Below are positions 37,401 through 49,400 of a stretch of DNA of 64,000 nt, one piece after another. Below the pieces are notes generated by a model. It saw nothing but the letters and a program-made list of their open reading frames with translations. It did not search any database and was not told the DNA's origin. Origin of the DNA: Lytechinus pictus. Its lineage: Eukaryota. The position numbers and the translations under genes were made by a program. Where the stretch lies: positions 6,634,001-6,698,000 of the forward strand of contig NC_087252.1 of NCBI RefSeq assembly GCF_037042905.1. The letters run 5' to 3'. Positions within the stretch are counted from its first letter, which is position 1; the number at the start of each line of letters is the position of its first letter.

Positions 37401-40400
37401 TGGTTTAGTTTTCATTATTCTTGTTCAGAATGACACCGAACAATGATATGCTAATTATAAAATTCAATTTTCATTGAAATGACAAACCAAGCATTACCTT
37501 AAGATTTATATCATTGTTAAAGGCCCATGCAGTCGCGTCGTTACGTGCAAGCCTTGCGGGTAACTAATTTTCCGACCTGCATATCGTCCACGGGTCGGCC
37601 GCATCGACAGTATCACGCACACAACTCGCAGAAGAATGTGTGCTCGCAGAAAAGTTTTAACATGCTCACAAACATTTTGCGGGTGAGTTTGCGGGCATTC
37701 ACGCGCAAGGCTTGCACGGAACGATGTAACAGGGCCTTTAATAAACATTATTGAATCAATGGGCTTATCACCTGGAATTTGCCTGATAGCAACGTCGATA
37801 TGGTTTTGGTTTGAGCGGAGGTCTCCCTTCCACACCTCGCCGAAGTCACCCCGTCCAATCGAGCCAAGTCTGGTGAAGAATGTCACGTTTTCACGAGCGA
37901 TGACGAAAGAGTGGGATGAATCGAGTTGTAATGTTGTGTACGCTAAAAAATTGTTTAAGAAACATAATTATTTTCGGTAAAATACAATTATTGTCATATT
38001 TAAAACGACAAATCCAAGCAATCCATATGAACTAAAAAGAAAGGGATAGTCTTTGATGATTATATATTGAACAATGATTATATTATCAGACTCAACGCAA
38101 AAAAGGATAAAAAAGTACGCCTTTGCCTATTAGAATATATATTTTGGCGTACACAATTCGAAATTATATGATATCTATCAGTTTATGCGATGATAATAGT
38201 TGTTATAGTGTGTTAAAATAATATACTTTAGTGTTTAGATGTAAATGTTTACGTGTTTTAAAAAATAGATGTATATAATATGATTTTACTTTAAGGTTGA
38301 ATGATGAATATATACAATAGTAACAATAAAAACACCATTGTTGAAAAGTTTTCACCTCTATCTCCACTTTGAATCATCTCATAAGCCACGTTGTCATTCA
38401 TCTCCTTTGGTGTATTTACTTCATCTCTGTTTAAAAAAAATGATTAGAGTTCATTATATCTCATAAGATATAAGTCATATTTTGTTTGTAGGCATTTAAT
38501 AGCACATTTATATTCCACAACAATCATGCAGGAAACAATTATTGTAATGACCAAACGATTATAGTAACCACGGGTGATTAACCATTATACATGTACGTAT
38601 ATAATATCGTGTATATGAAACTGAACGGGATTAGGAAAAAAACGGACTTAACCGTACACTGCTGGGTTAAAGTCGTCACACTTTTTATGAAACTAACGGA
38701 CAAAAATTGCAATAGAATAAAAACGTATCTTTCCCAGAAAATAATGGAACTGAATGATTATTCATTTGTATTGTAGTAACAAATAAAAAAAGGTTTCAAT
38801 AGCTGACAATCTGTCATACATCAAATATCAATAAATCATCCGATATTTGAACTGTTTTTAACGGTCGGGTAGTTCATTAAACAAATTCATAATAACTGAA
38901 GTGAAATCATCATTTCTTTCTCTCTCTGTTAATATACATATACCTTAGTAAAATTGGGACCTAAACGTTGCATTTTTATGCAGTTGCAAAAATACTGACC
39001 GGGTATTGAGACGAAGTGAGGGGTATATGGTGATTCCAAATATCATATCAATAATGTGTTAAAGCGGGTGTTCGGTATGCGTCTTGCCTGTTCATGAACA
39101 AGGGTTTTTGGTGAGGTTGTGTGCGTATGTGTGTGTGTGTGTGTGAGAGAGAGTTTTTGCAAGGTGATTCAGGAGGGTGTGTGCGTGTAGAGGATGTGAG
39201 GTCGTGTGTCATAGATTGTTCGAGTATGGTAGAGGTTTGGGTGTGTTTGTGTGTGTGTGTGTGTGTGTGAGAGAGAAAGATTAGTGGGTGAGATGATGTG
39301 CGAGTGTGGCAGACGTTTGGGTGTTTCTGTATTTGTGTGTGTGTGAGAGAGAGGGTGTACGAGCGTGGCAGAGGTTTGGTGTGTCTGTATGTGTGGGAGA
39401 AAGAGAGAGCGGTGCGTGGATTAGAGGGTCCGCGAGTGTGGCTGAGGTTTGGGTGAGTCTGTATGTGTGTGTCTGTATGTGGTGTGTGTGAGAGAGGGAG
39501 AGGGATGGGTGAGTGTGGCAAAGGTTAGGGTGTGTCTGCGTGTGTGTGTGTGAGAGAGAGAGAGAGGGATGGGTGGGTGAGAGGGTGTGCGAGTGTGTCA
39601 GAGGTTTTAGTGAGGGTGTATGTGTGAGAGATAGAGAGGGGTGGGTGAGAGGGTGTGCGAGTGTGTCAGAGGTGAGGGTGTGTCTGTATGTAGGTGTGAG
39701 AGAGGGGTGGGTTGGTGAGGTGTGCGAGTGTGGAAGAGGTTTGGGTGTGTCTGTGTATGTGTGTGTGTGTGTGTGTGAGGAATGGGTGGTTGAAAGGGTG
39801 TGCGAGTATTGCAGATGTTTGGGTGTGTTTGTATGTGTGTGTGTGTGAGGGATGGGTGGGTTTTAAATATGTACGAGTGTGGCAGGGGTTCGGATGTATC
39901 TGTATGTGTGTGTGTGTGTGTGTGTGAGAGAGGTGGATGGGTGGATGAAAGGTTGTGTGAGGTGTGCAAGTGTGGCAGAGGTTTGGGTGTGTCTGTATGT
40001 GTGTGAGAGAGGGTGCGCGAGTGTGTCAGAGGTTTGGGTGAGGTTGTATGTGTGCGAGATAGAGAGGGATTGGTTGGTGTGCGAGTGTGTCAGAGGTTTG
40101 GGTGTGTGTGTGAGAGAGAGAGCGGTGCATGGGTTAGAGGTTTAGTTGAACGGATATGTGTGAATGTGTGTGCATTTGAAAGGTACTAAGGTTGAGAGAG
40201 GGTGTAAGAGCGCTTGTGAGATTATTTTGTGTGTGAATGGGTAAGGAAGTGTGTATTTTGTATGTGCTGAAATTAGAGAATGTGCCTGTGCGAAAAGATG
40301 ATTTGGAGTTAACAAAGACTTGTGTGCAGTAATGAGTCATTGTAGGCCTGTAGAATGACAGAGTGGGTGTTTCCGTGGATGGGTGCGCCAGTGCGTGTGA

Positions 40401-43400
40401 TAAAAAAAAAATGTTTTTCCTTCCACTTACCCTTTTTCATTCATCTTTGACCCATCGAACTCTAGTGAATATGAATACAAAAAACACGTTGGGAATATAG
40501 TGATAAGAAAAGAATGATCCATGTGTAAAGTGAAATGGGAAACATATTGAGTTCACCCTAGAAAAAATACGTCTTGTTGAAATAAACATAACTTAATAGG
40601 TTACTTAGTGTCCATTTAACTTTCCTATGTAGTCAAGAAAAACAAGAGTGAAACAAGCACATTCTCTAGATTATTTTATCTTCTTTTTATTTTCATGTAA
40701 TAGCTATTTCAATAGAAATGATGACCAACAATCACCTGGTTTAGTCCTTCTCCTTAGGAGTACGAACTGTACAATGTTGATGATGATAGAAACTACTAGA
40801 AGGATTGCTAAGATAGCTATTCCAGCAGATGCTCCAGACCTCAAACCAGTCAGTGAACGTGGACATGGAGTGCATGTAGGCTCAGATGTGATGGATGTGG
40901 TCTCTGGTTGATAATCAATGTTTTAAAAACAAGAAACATACGTATTCGACATAGTGTATTACACGCCCGGGGGTGTTTCACAAAGATCTAAGTATGACTT
41001 AGAGTTACACTTAATTGCCGACGCGTTCATGTTTTGTGACGTGCAATCTTATTGATTACTAGGCAATAGAGCGCGACCTCTTAGCATGATCTGACCAACG
41101 CGGTCATGCCTTTATAACGCATGGAACTAGGCATTTAAGTGCGACTCTACATCATACTTACATCTTAGTGAAAGCCCCCCCGTTTTATTTGAACTTGTCT
41201 ATTTCAACTTTCGATCCACTATTTCAAAGTCCACCCTAGAAAATTGTTGATTTGGTTAAATAGAGAATAATCAAAGTAGCATAATGCTGACAATTTCATC
41301 AAAATCGGATGTAAAATGAGAAAGTTATGACATTTTAAAGTTTCTCTTATTTTTCACAAAACAGTGATTTGCACAATTCAGTGACATGCGAATGAGACAG
41401 TTGATGATGTCTTTCACTCACTATTTCTTTTGTTTTTATTGTTTGAATTATACATTATTTAATTATAGTATTAAACAATGATAATTCCACATGTTCAGGG
41501 AGGTATCATTCGTTGCTTCACTTGACAGTGAGGAGAAATTATAATATTTCGTAGTTCAGATAATAAAATACCAAAGAAATGGTGGATGATATCATCAGTC
41601 TCCTCATTTGCATATCAATTAAGCAAAACTTTAAAATGTCATAACTTTCTTATTTTACAACCGTTTTTTATGATATTTTCAGTGTTATTCTTGATGGATT
41701 CTTCTCTTTTTATTCAAATCAACTTTTTGTTGGGGTGGAACTTGTCCTTTAAGTTTGATTTTCACTCAAAAATTCATACAGCAACCACACCCCTTTTTTC
41801 TGGCACCGATTAGTAAGATCGCGTTATGCAATACAAAAATCATAGATAAGATAATGTTGCATCAGTGTCACTTAAAATTAGGAAATATCTCTCAAACGCG
41901 AACAAATACGATTTGACCATGTTGCTGCGTGCCAATCTTGTTCGGACATATCCTTTATTAAAAAGGCAACTTCAAGGCTTTTAGAAACCAATCAGTCCCA
42001 ATTCCCTTCCCTTGTGATAAAAACATGTTACCAAAACTTGCTTTCTGTAGTATATCTTCAATGCAACTCAACCGTGAACTGCATAGTTGGATCTTGGTGC
42101 ATAAAAACCAAGCTACAAATCAAGAAAGTGTACTTGATCTCCTCCCCTGTCACAATTCTGAGCCAAATTCCAACCATTCTACAACTAATATAACTTAATA
42201 AAGTGTAGCGCCCAGTTTCTCCATATGCCATGGCATCTGGAGTAAACTTAGTTACCCGTAAAATTGTTCTCAAAAACCTTCTGTGGAAAATTTCGATTTG
42301 AGCAATATCTTCATAGTCACATACTTACCCATTCCCATCCCCATACACACCCATATGTCAGTATTGGTAAAATTATCTGAATAAATTATTCACACTGTGT
42401 ATCAATTGACAGTTGTAAATCTTTTTGTTTTTGCTAATAACATGAATAAAGTGTACAAAGCTTTCCTTGCCGTTGATTTATACTTATATTATGCTATTCT
42501 TTACTTTGACCCAAGTCAAAACAGGTATCAGGGAGTAATTGAGTAGAATTTATAAAAATGTCCTTTTTCATCAGAATACACGGTACGCCGTGATAACCAC
42601 CATATTTTCCTGTTTGCTGATATTGAGAATTTTGCTGATATTGTGTAAAATATGACATTTTCGGTAAAATGTTATGTAAAATATGATTTCTTATTTCCCT
42701 TTTCCCACGTTCTTACGAATATGCTTTAAACATGATAAAGGTATTCAATTATTTTAATTAAACGAAGAAGTTTGAGCGCTAATAGCTTTCGGGCCTAGTT
42801 AACTTGTACCAGGGAGTTGGGAGTACTCTAATCCCATCTCCCTGCTTGTTTTACCCTAAGAAAAATGCAATTGAAATACGTTTAGGGAAGCCCAGATTAA
42901 ATTCAGCACCATCAGAACGAGGAAATTCATACGCGGTTAACTGTCGTTCACACACAAGTACATAATATAAAACGGAGCTTGAATTTTACATCGGTAGATG
43001 TGTTGTTCGTTAACATATTTGCCGATTAAAGTAGCAAGGATAGCCTGGCTCAATGCACATCTTTTGAAATTGATCAAGCTACAACATTTCATCACTTATC
43101 AGCATATGCTTCTGTACATTTGAAAATCTATTGAAATTCTTTAAAATGGACTAGCGTTCCTGTCTCGTCTTAAGCATTTAAACACGTTTGAGTACAAAGT
43201 CTAAGACCTGTTACTGCCATTTTGTTTCAAAATCATCCAAGTAGATACTAATAATGACAATAATAATAACATGCAACATGTGCAGATACGTACTATGGTA
43301 GCTCTAAAAAAGCGGTGCATTTTATTATCCAAATTTGCACGTGAAAATAACCCATGCTCAGAAGATACAATAGTCTTGTGGCAAGCATCTAGAGTGTATA

Positions 43401-46400
43401 AAATTGATATCCTTGTGTAAGTATTTGGAACAAAAAGTCTTGCCTATTTTCTGATAAACTTTGTATATAACCTCACGCTCCATTCCTATATATTGTTTGA
43501 TCTGGATATTACATTGCGATTTAATCATTCGTCACAATTTATGTATATATATGATAACCATTTCTGATTATTATTAGGGGAAAGAAAAATGACTTTGTAT
43601 TTTCTGAAAGTATGACAGCCTTAGATGTAATAAATTACACCAAGATAGAAATTTCAAAATATACTCTTACCTCCTTCATAATCTGTCTTTGCATGGCTAG
43701 TTGTCAATTTTCCTGCGATTGCGGAAAATCATATGTATATAATTGCAATGTAAATAAGGGACAAAAATAATCTTTTTTTAGGAAAGATAATTGAGAAAGT
43801 ACTCTGATAATTGTTTCATTATGTCTCATTCTATCCGATTTTGTAATGATCACCTCTCCCGTCTCTATGATGTTGTTAACCAATTGCCATGATCGTAATT
43901 GTATAGACACGAGCTAAAAAAGAAGAAAAAACGTCTTTCTAAACACGAACAAAGATATTATTTACATGTGCCACCCTTGTACATAAACACGTAATAAGTC
44001 ACGCAAATATAATTGAAAAGTTTCATATGATATTCTTACCTTCTTCATATTCTGTCGTTGGATGGCTCGTCATCAATTTTTCTGTAGTTTCTGAAAATCA
44101 TACATCATCAACAATAATATCGTTGTGTCATTTTATGGAATAAGCATTATTTCCTATTTCTGTATCAACGATGAATATAACGTCATTATCCGTTCCTAAC
44201 ACAATACAATGTTGTAATGATGTTGCAATGTTGTAATGGTCATCTATTTTCACATTTTAATTATCGCCTCTGTCATGTATTTAATGTTATTTGCAGATTG
44301 CCATGATTGAATTTAAAGACGACAGAAACAAAAAAAAGAACATTCTTTCGAAACACATATATATCAAGTCCCCCTTTTTAATACACCCGCTCAAAGACTT
44401 TCTTGTCTGATGGAACAATTTACAAATCTTTTAAAATTGTGAATGAGCCTTTTCATACCTCACAGGCAGAGCTAGCAAATATAATATAGAAAAGCAGTCA
44501 TCACATTGCTCAGTTCACTGGTAACTATATAAATTTATAAACCTTGGTCATCATAAAAAAATGTATAAAAAATGGTTGAGAAGTTTTTTAAGCCAACTAT
44601 TCTTTAATGAGCTTACTTTGGGGGCCATACGTTTTTTTGCCACTTGCTGTATTTCCAAGATAATTCCCTGCAACACATTCAAACTCTGTTGACAGGTCAT
44701 ATTCTGATTCTGTTAAAGCCACAAAATTGATTCCCGTTGAAGATTCATGCTTCAGGATATCATTGGCGTATATGAAGTAATGTCTTATCGCTGGAAAAGG
44801 TTGGTTGGCAGCATCAATGGCGCATGTAACCCTCAAGTTAGGATCAAGTGACTCAAACGTCACAGTCACAATATCATTACAAGGTCGATCTGAATGATAA
44901 TGAAGGAAAAGAATGTATAGATAAACAGTTATCGGAATAACCCTGGGAATTCCATTTCCATTTAAATAATAATATTTGAAGATTTTAGCCTCGGAATAGT
45001 TTACTAGATAGATGGCGCATAATTAATGTTGTGTTTATTATTATCATTATTATCTGTTGGTGCGTTAGTCTTTTGGTCCGTTAGTCTGTTAGTCTGTTCA
45101 GGAATGTTAAGGTTTTTGTTCAACTTGCTCCCATTTCCTTTCTTCTGCATAAATTATGCTTATACTTCACCTTGGATAATACTACACTTGGTACAAATTA
45201 TCGTTTGGTATACCACATGTGTGTTCATAAGGAAGATGGGGTCAGAGGTCATCTAGGGGTCAAAAGATCATTGCATATTTTATTTATTGCAATATCAGGC
45301 GAGACTCATGGTTTGTGAGCCATCTTGTTTATTTATGTAGTAATTATCCAGCTTTTTATTTTTCATTTCTTTCTTTCTGGGGCTTAGTATGCTATTCCAC
45401 AGTCAACTATCAGAGTAAATCTGAAGACAAGAGTTTCTATCCATTCATTTCAAGATTATTTTCCAAACAATAGTGAGTATACATGTAGAGTAGCAACTGA
45501 TCAAAATGTGGGCAAGAACAAGCGTTTCAAGCCAAACTCGTGCGGAGTAAATTCTCACGGTACACTATAAAAATATTAAGTGCTAATTTAGCACTTACAG
45601 TGCTTGTATAGTGACTGAACTACGAGTGCTGATTTTCATGTTCAAATTTAAACTAGAAAATCAGCACTCAATATACAACAACTGTAAGTACTAAATTAGC
45701 ATTTCATTTTTTACAGCGTATAACTATGATTGAAAAGTGTTAGGAATGCAAGATATCCATTATAATGAAATTTACTGATATCAGCATTTGATGGCATAAA
45801 CAGTCTGCCATTGCAAGGTGCTTACTTCTGACGGTCTCCTGTAAACTATACTCTCTACCATCACTACAAAAGTTCATGGTTTTGTGTAAGGACGGAAGAT
45901 GGTTTTAGGGACTGGTTTAAGGTACATAAGGAAGTGTTACAAGGCCGCAAATTTTCTCCTATTCGTTTCATCATAATAGTCTGGATGATCGGTGCAAAAA
46001 ATAGCAAGAATTGTTCAGATTATGGTACAAGCATGAAATTTGGCTGACAGGTAGAGTAAACAGTGCTGAACATTTTTAGCTGGGGGTGCCAACCTGATCT
46101 CTCTTCGTATAGCAACAGTTGCTAGGTAACATATTCACCTTAGCAACCACCATTTTGTGGTGTTATCTTCATTTTAAAAACTATATTTTTACTTCTAAGC
46201 ACCAAATTTACAATCACATATCAAGCAACGTTCCAACCATGTACAGCAACAGTTGCTAAGCAACACATTTTCCATAGCAACTACAAATAATATTCCTGAA
46301 TACCACATCTGGTCATAATATCTGAATGAAAATTGTTAGAAAATTGGTCAAAGTATAAAACCTGGGAGTAAAAACTAATCATAATAAAAAAATTATAAAA

Positions 46401-49400
46401 AATCTTATAAGCCTGAAAATATCAAAAGCAGTCCAATGATTATAATATCTGCATAATAATCGTATCTAGGTAATAAACCTAATTTTGATCTACAGTATTT
46501 GATTATATTTCTTCATACTTTTTATTCATGCATGACAAAGCTATAACACACCGACAAAACTCATCACTGGGTCATTGAATGTGCTTATTATTTAATAATT
46601 ATTAGCATCTCGTCTGTTATGAAATTGTGACAGGGTATTGTAGTGGATGTACATGGAACACTGGGAAAGACACTGGAATTTTAGGGGAAGCTAAAATTTG
46701 ATTGATAATAAGACTAATCGCTCCCAAATGACAAAGCTTCATTGGGAAGCAATTGCGATTAATGCCCACACACTTACTTGTCAGTAAAGTTTTGATATTA
46801 TTTTCTGACTTGAATAGCATGTACAGTAGACCTGAAACAGCCTCAAGCATCATTGACTGTATGTTCACTGTATAGCATGGACAGTAGACCTGAAACAGCT
46901 TCAAGCATCAACTGTACATGTACCACTTGTGAATATGCCACGATGCAGTACATTTGTCAATTATACAACAAATCTTTTAAGAGAATTTGTTAACTCTGTA
47001 ATTGACACTAATCATTAACGCTGCATCCTACAAATCTTGAATATGAAGCGGTAAAATGCAAGATATTGCATGTTGTACCAGGTCATCAAAGAGTATATAG
47101 TTGGAAAATGGAAAGCAATGTAAAGGTGTTAGTACAGAGCTTTGCAACCTGCTTGAAATGACTTCTTTCATCATTCTTGCCCATTATATTTGAGCATCTT
47201 AAAAAAAAATAGTTATTCTAATCCCAAGTTTACTAGAAGCAATTGCCACTATATGTATCTTCTTTTATTTGATCATAATGCTGGGCACTTGAGTCATTTA
47301 TATTATTTACATATTTTGCAATAGTTTCTAGATGATGAAGGAAAATAAATGATTTGTATTTACACTGTAAGTTTCCAATAGCTTGGGTACAGTTCTAGCG
47401 AATTGATCGATCGTACATTTTATGTGTCGCACATGCCTTCTCAAAGTAGGGCATATATTTATTCCAAAAGTTAAGACTGGGCTAATCATGAATACGAGAA
47501 AGCAAGACTACTGTCAAGCATGCAGTATGCTCGACAAAGAATATCAGAGGCAACAGAGGAATACATCAACAAAGTTAGTCATCATCCTCTTCGGTGGGAC
47601 AATTAATTGTTCATCAATCAAAGTGTAAGAAACATTTCTGTCCATAAGGAAATGATATTGCGAGACAAGTCGGTAGTGCCTTCAGCAGAATCATTTCCAT
47701 CTGAGTTGGACACGCCAAGAAGTATTGGAGGTATATGGAAGGAAGAAGCATATCAGAACTTAATGCTACTGTTCTGTGGCCAAGTATGGATCGCGTCCAG
47801 CCAACATGATATCACAAGTGCTTCACATACGTATTTCAAGTCGTGGATCCTGGAGCTGCAGGATTGATCCAGGTCAAAACACCTGGAAACAGAATGGACA
47901 GGTCCAAATCAACTTCCGCAGGATCGAGTCATGTTAGATCAATCACATAGCTGCAGGATGCAGGTCAACGTGCCTAGAAGCGGAACTGACAGGTCCAAAT
48001 CAACTCAAGCAAGATCTTTCACGTCATGATATATCCCAGAGCTACATTATTTATCCAGGTCAAAACACTTGGAATAGGAACTGACAGGTCCAAATCAACC
48101 TCTGCAGAAGTCACAATGGATTATGTAGCCGCAGGATCCAGACCAACATGCCTGGAAACGGAAATAAATGGTTTAAATTGAATCTAACAGATCTTTCAAG
48201 TGATGCTAAGTCCTGGAGCTGCAGGATTGATCCAGGTCAAAACACCTAGAAAAATAACGGACAAGTCCAAATCAACTTCTGCACAAGCTTTCAAGTCATG
48301 ATAGATCCCCAAGCTGCAGGATCCAGGCCAGCACGCCTGAAAACAGAACTTGGTGGTCCAAAACAACGGTTGCAAAATCTTTCACGTGATGACAAATCCT
48401 AGAGCTTTAGGATTGTTCCATGTCAAAACACCTGAAAAAAGAACGGACAGGTCCAAATCCACTTCAGCAGGATCAAGTCATTTAGCTCCAGAATCCAGGC
48501 CAGCATGCATATATATATTTAGAAAAACGGAAATGACGGGTCCAAATCAACTCTAGCAAGATCTGCCACGTCATGATCATGATGATAGATCGTACGTGGA
48601 GGCGGAGCTACAGGATTGTTCCAGGTCAAAACACCATGGAATCTAAACTTACAGGTCCAAATCAACTTCTGCAAAAGTCGTGATAGATCATGTAGCTGCA
48701 GGAACCAGGCCAATAGGCAAGGAATGGCACTGAATGGTCCCAAAATCAATTCTAACAGATCTTCCACGTCATGATAGATCCCGCAGCTGCGCAGGATTGA
48801 TCTAAGTCAAAACGCCTGGTCAAAATGAACTCCCGCCCGTGGAATCCGGTTTGGGAACGGCATGGAGAACTAATATGATCTTAAACGCAGGCTATGGAAG
48901 GGAGTGGGCAAAGTGTGTTGGCTTTCAAGAGGCCGACTACTGTTAGCAAGAGATAAAGTGAAAATTAACTTCTGGCAAGTTTTTGGTGTTTGAAATAATT
49001 CTAAACTTAGTTGACTCAATCAATTTTTGGTGGTCATTCTTTAATCTCTCCAAGATCAGAGATATTTAGGTTGTAAGTACCCATGACCTCCTGGGGAGCT
49101 CTTACTATATGTTGATATTGTGGAATTATTTCCTAGGGTCGATCTTTTACATATTGTTTAAATTAATCTAGAATAAATATTGTTTCCAATGGATAAATAT
49201 GGGTGAGGTTCTTTTCACATGCAATAGATATTATTCTACCAATAATATGGAACCCATAGACATCGTCTTTGAAAGTTGTGCAGGTTTTACTTTTAAGCAT
49301 CTATTAGTATCTCTATGATTTACACACATCAATAATCTTACTTTACGGCCTTTAACCATGGTTGCTACAGAAAACATATTACTTACCAACTGGTACTTCG

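Noticed and set aside
39048-40145. His/Thr- and Val/Cys-rich ORFs
   Set aside because: Translations of GT/GA simple repeats.
47150-47870. Helicase or transposase remnant inside the Academ-like element
   Set aside because: Only a vague resemblance (IVAIASSKLGI); not supportable without a profile search.
47850-48820. CRISPR-like array
   Set aside because: Eukaryotic context, intervening sequences homologous to each other, no cas genes.
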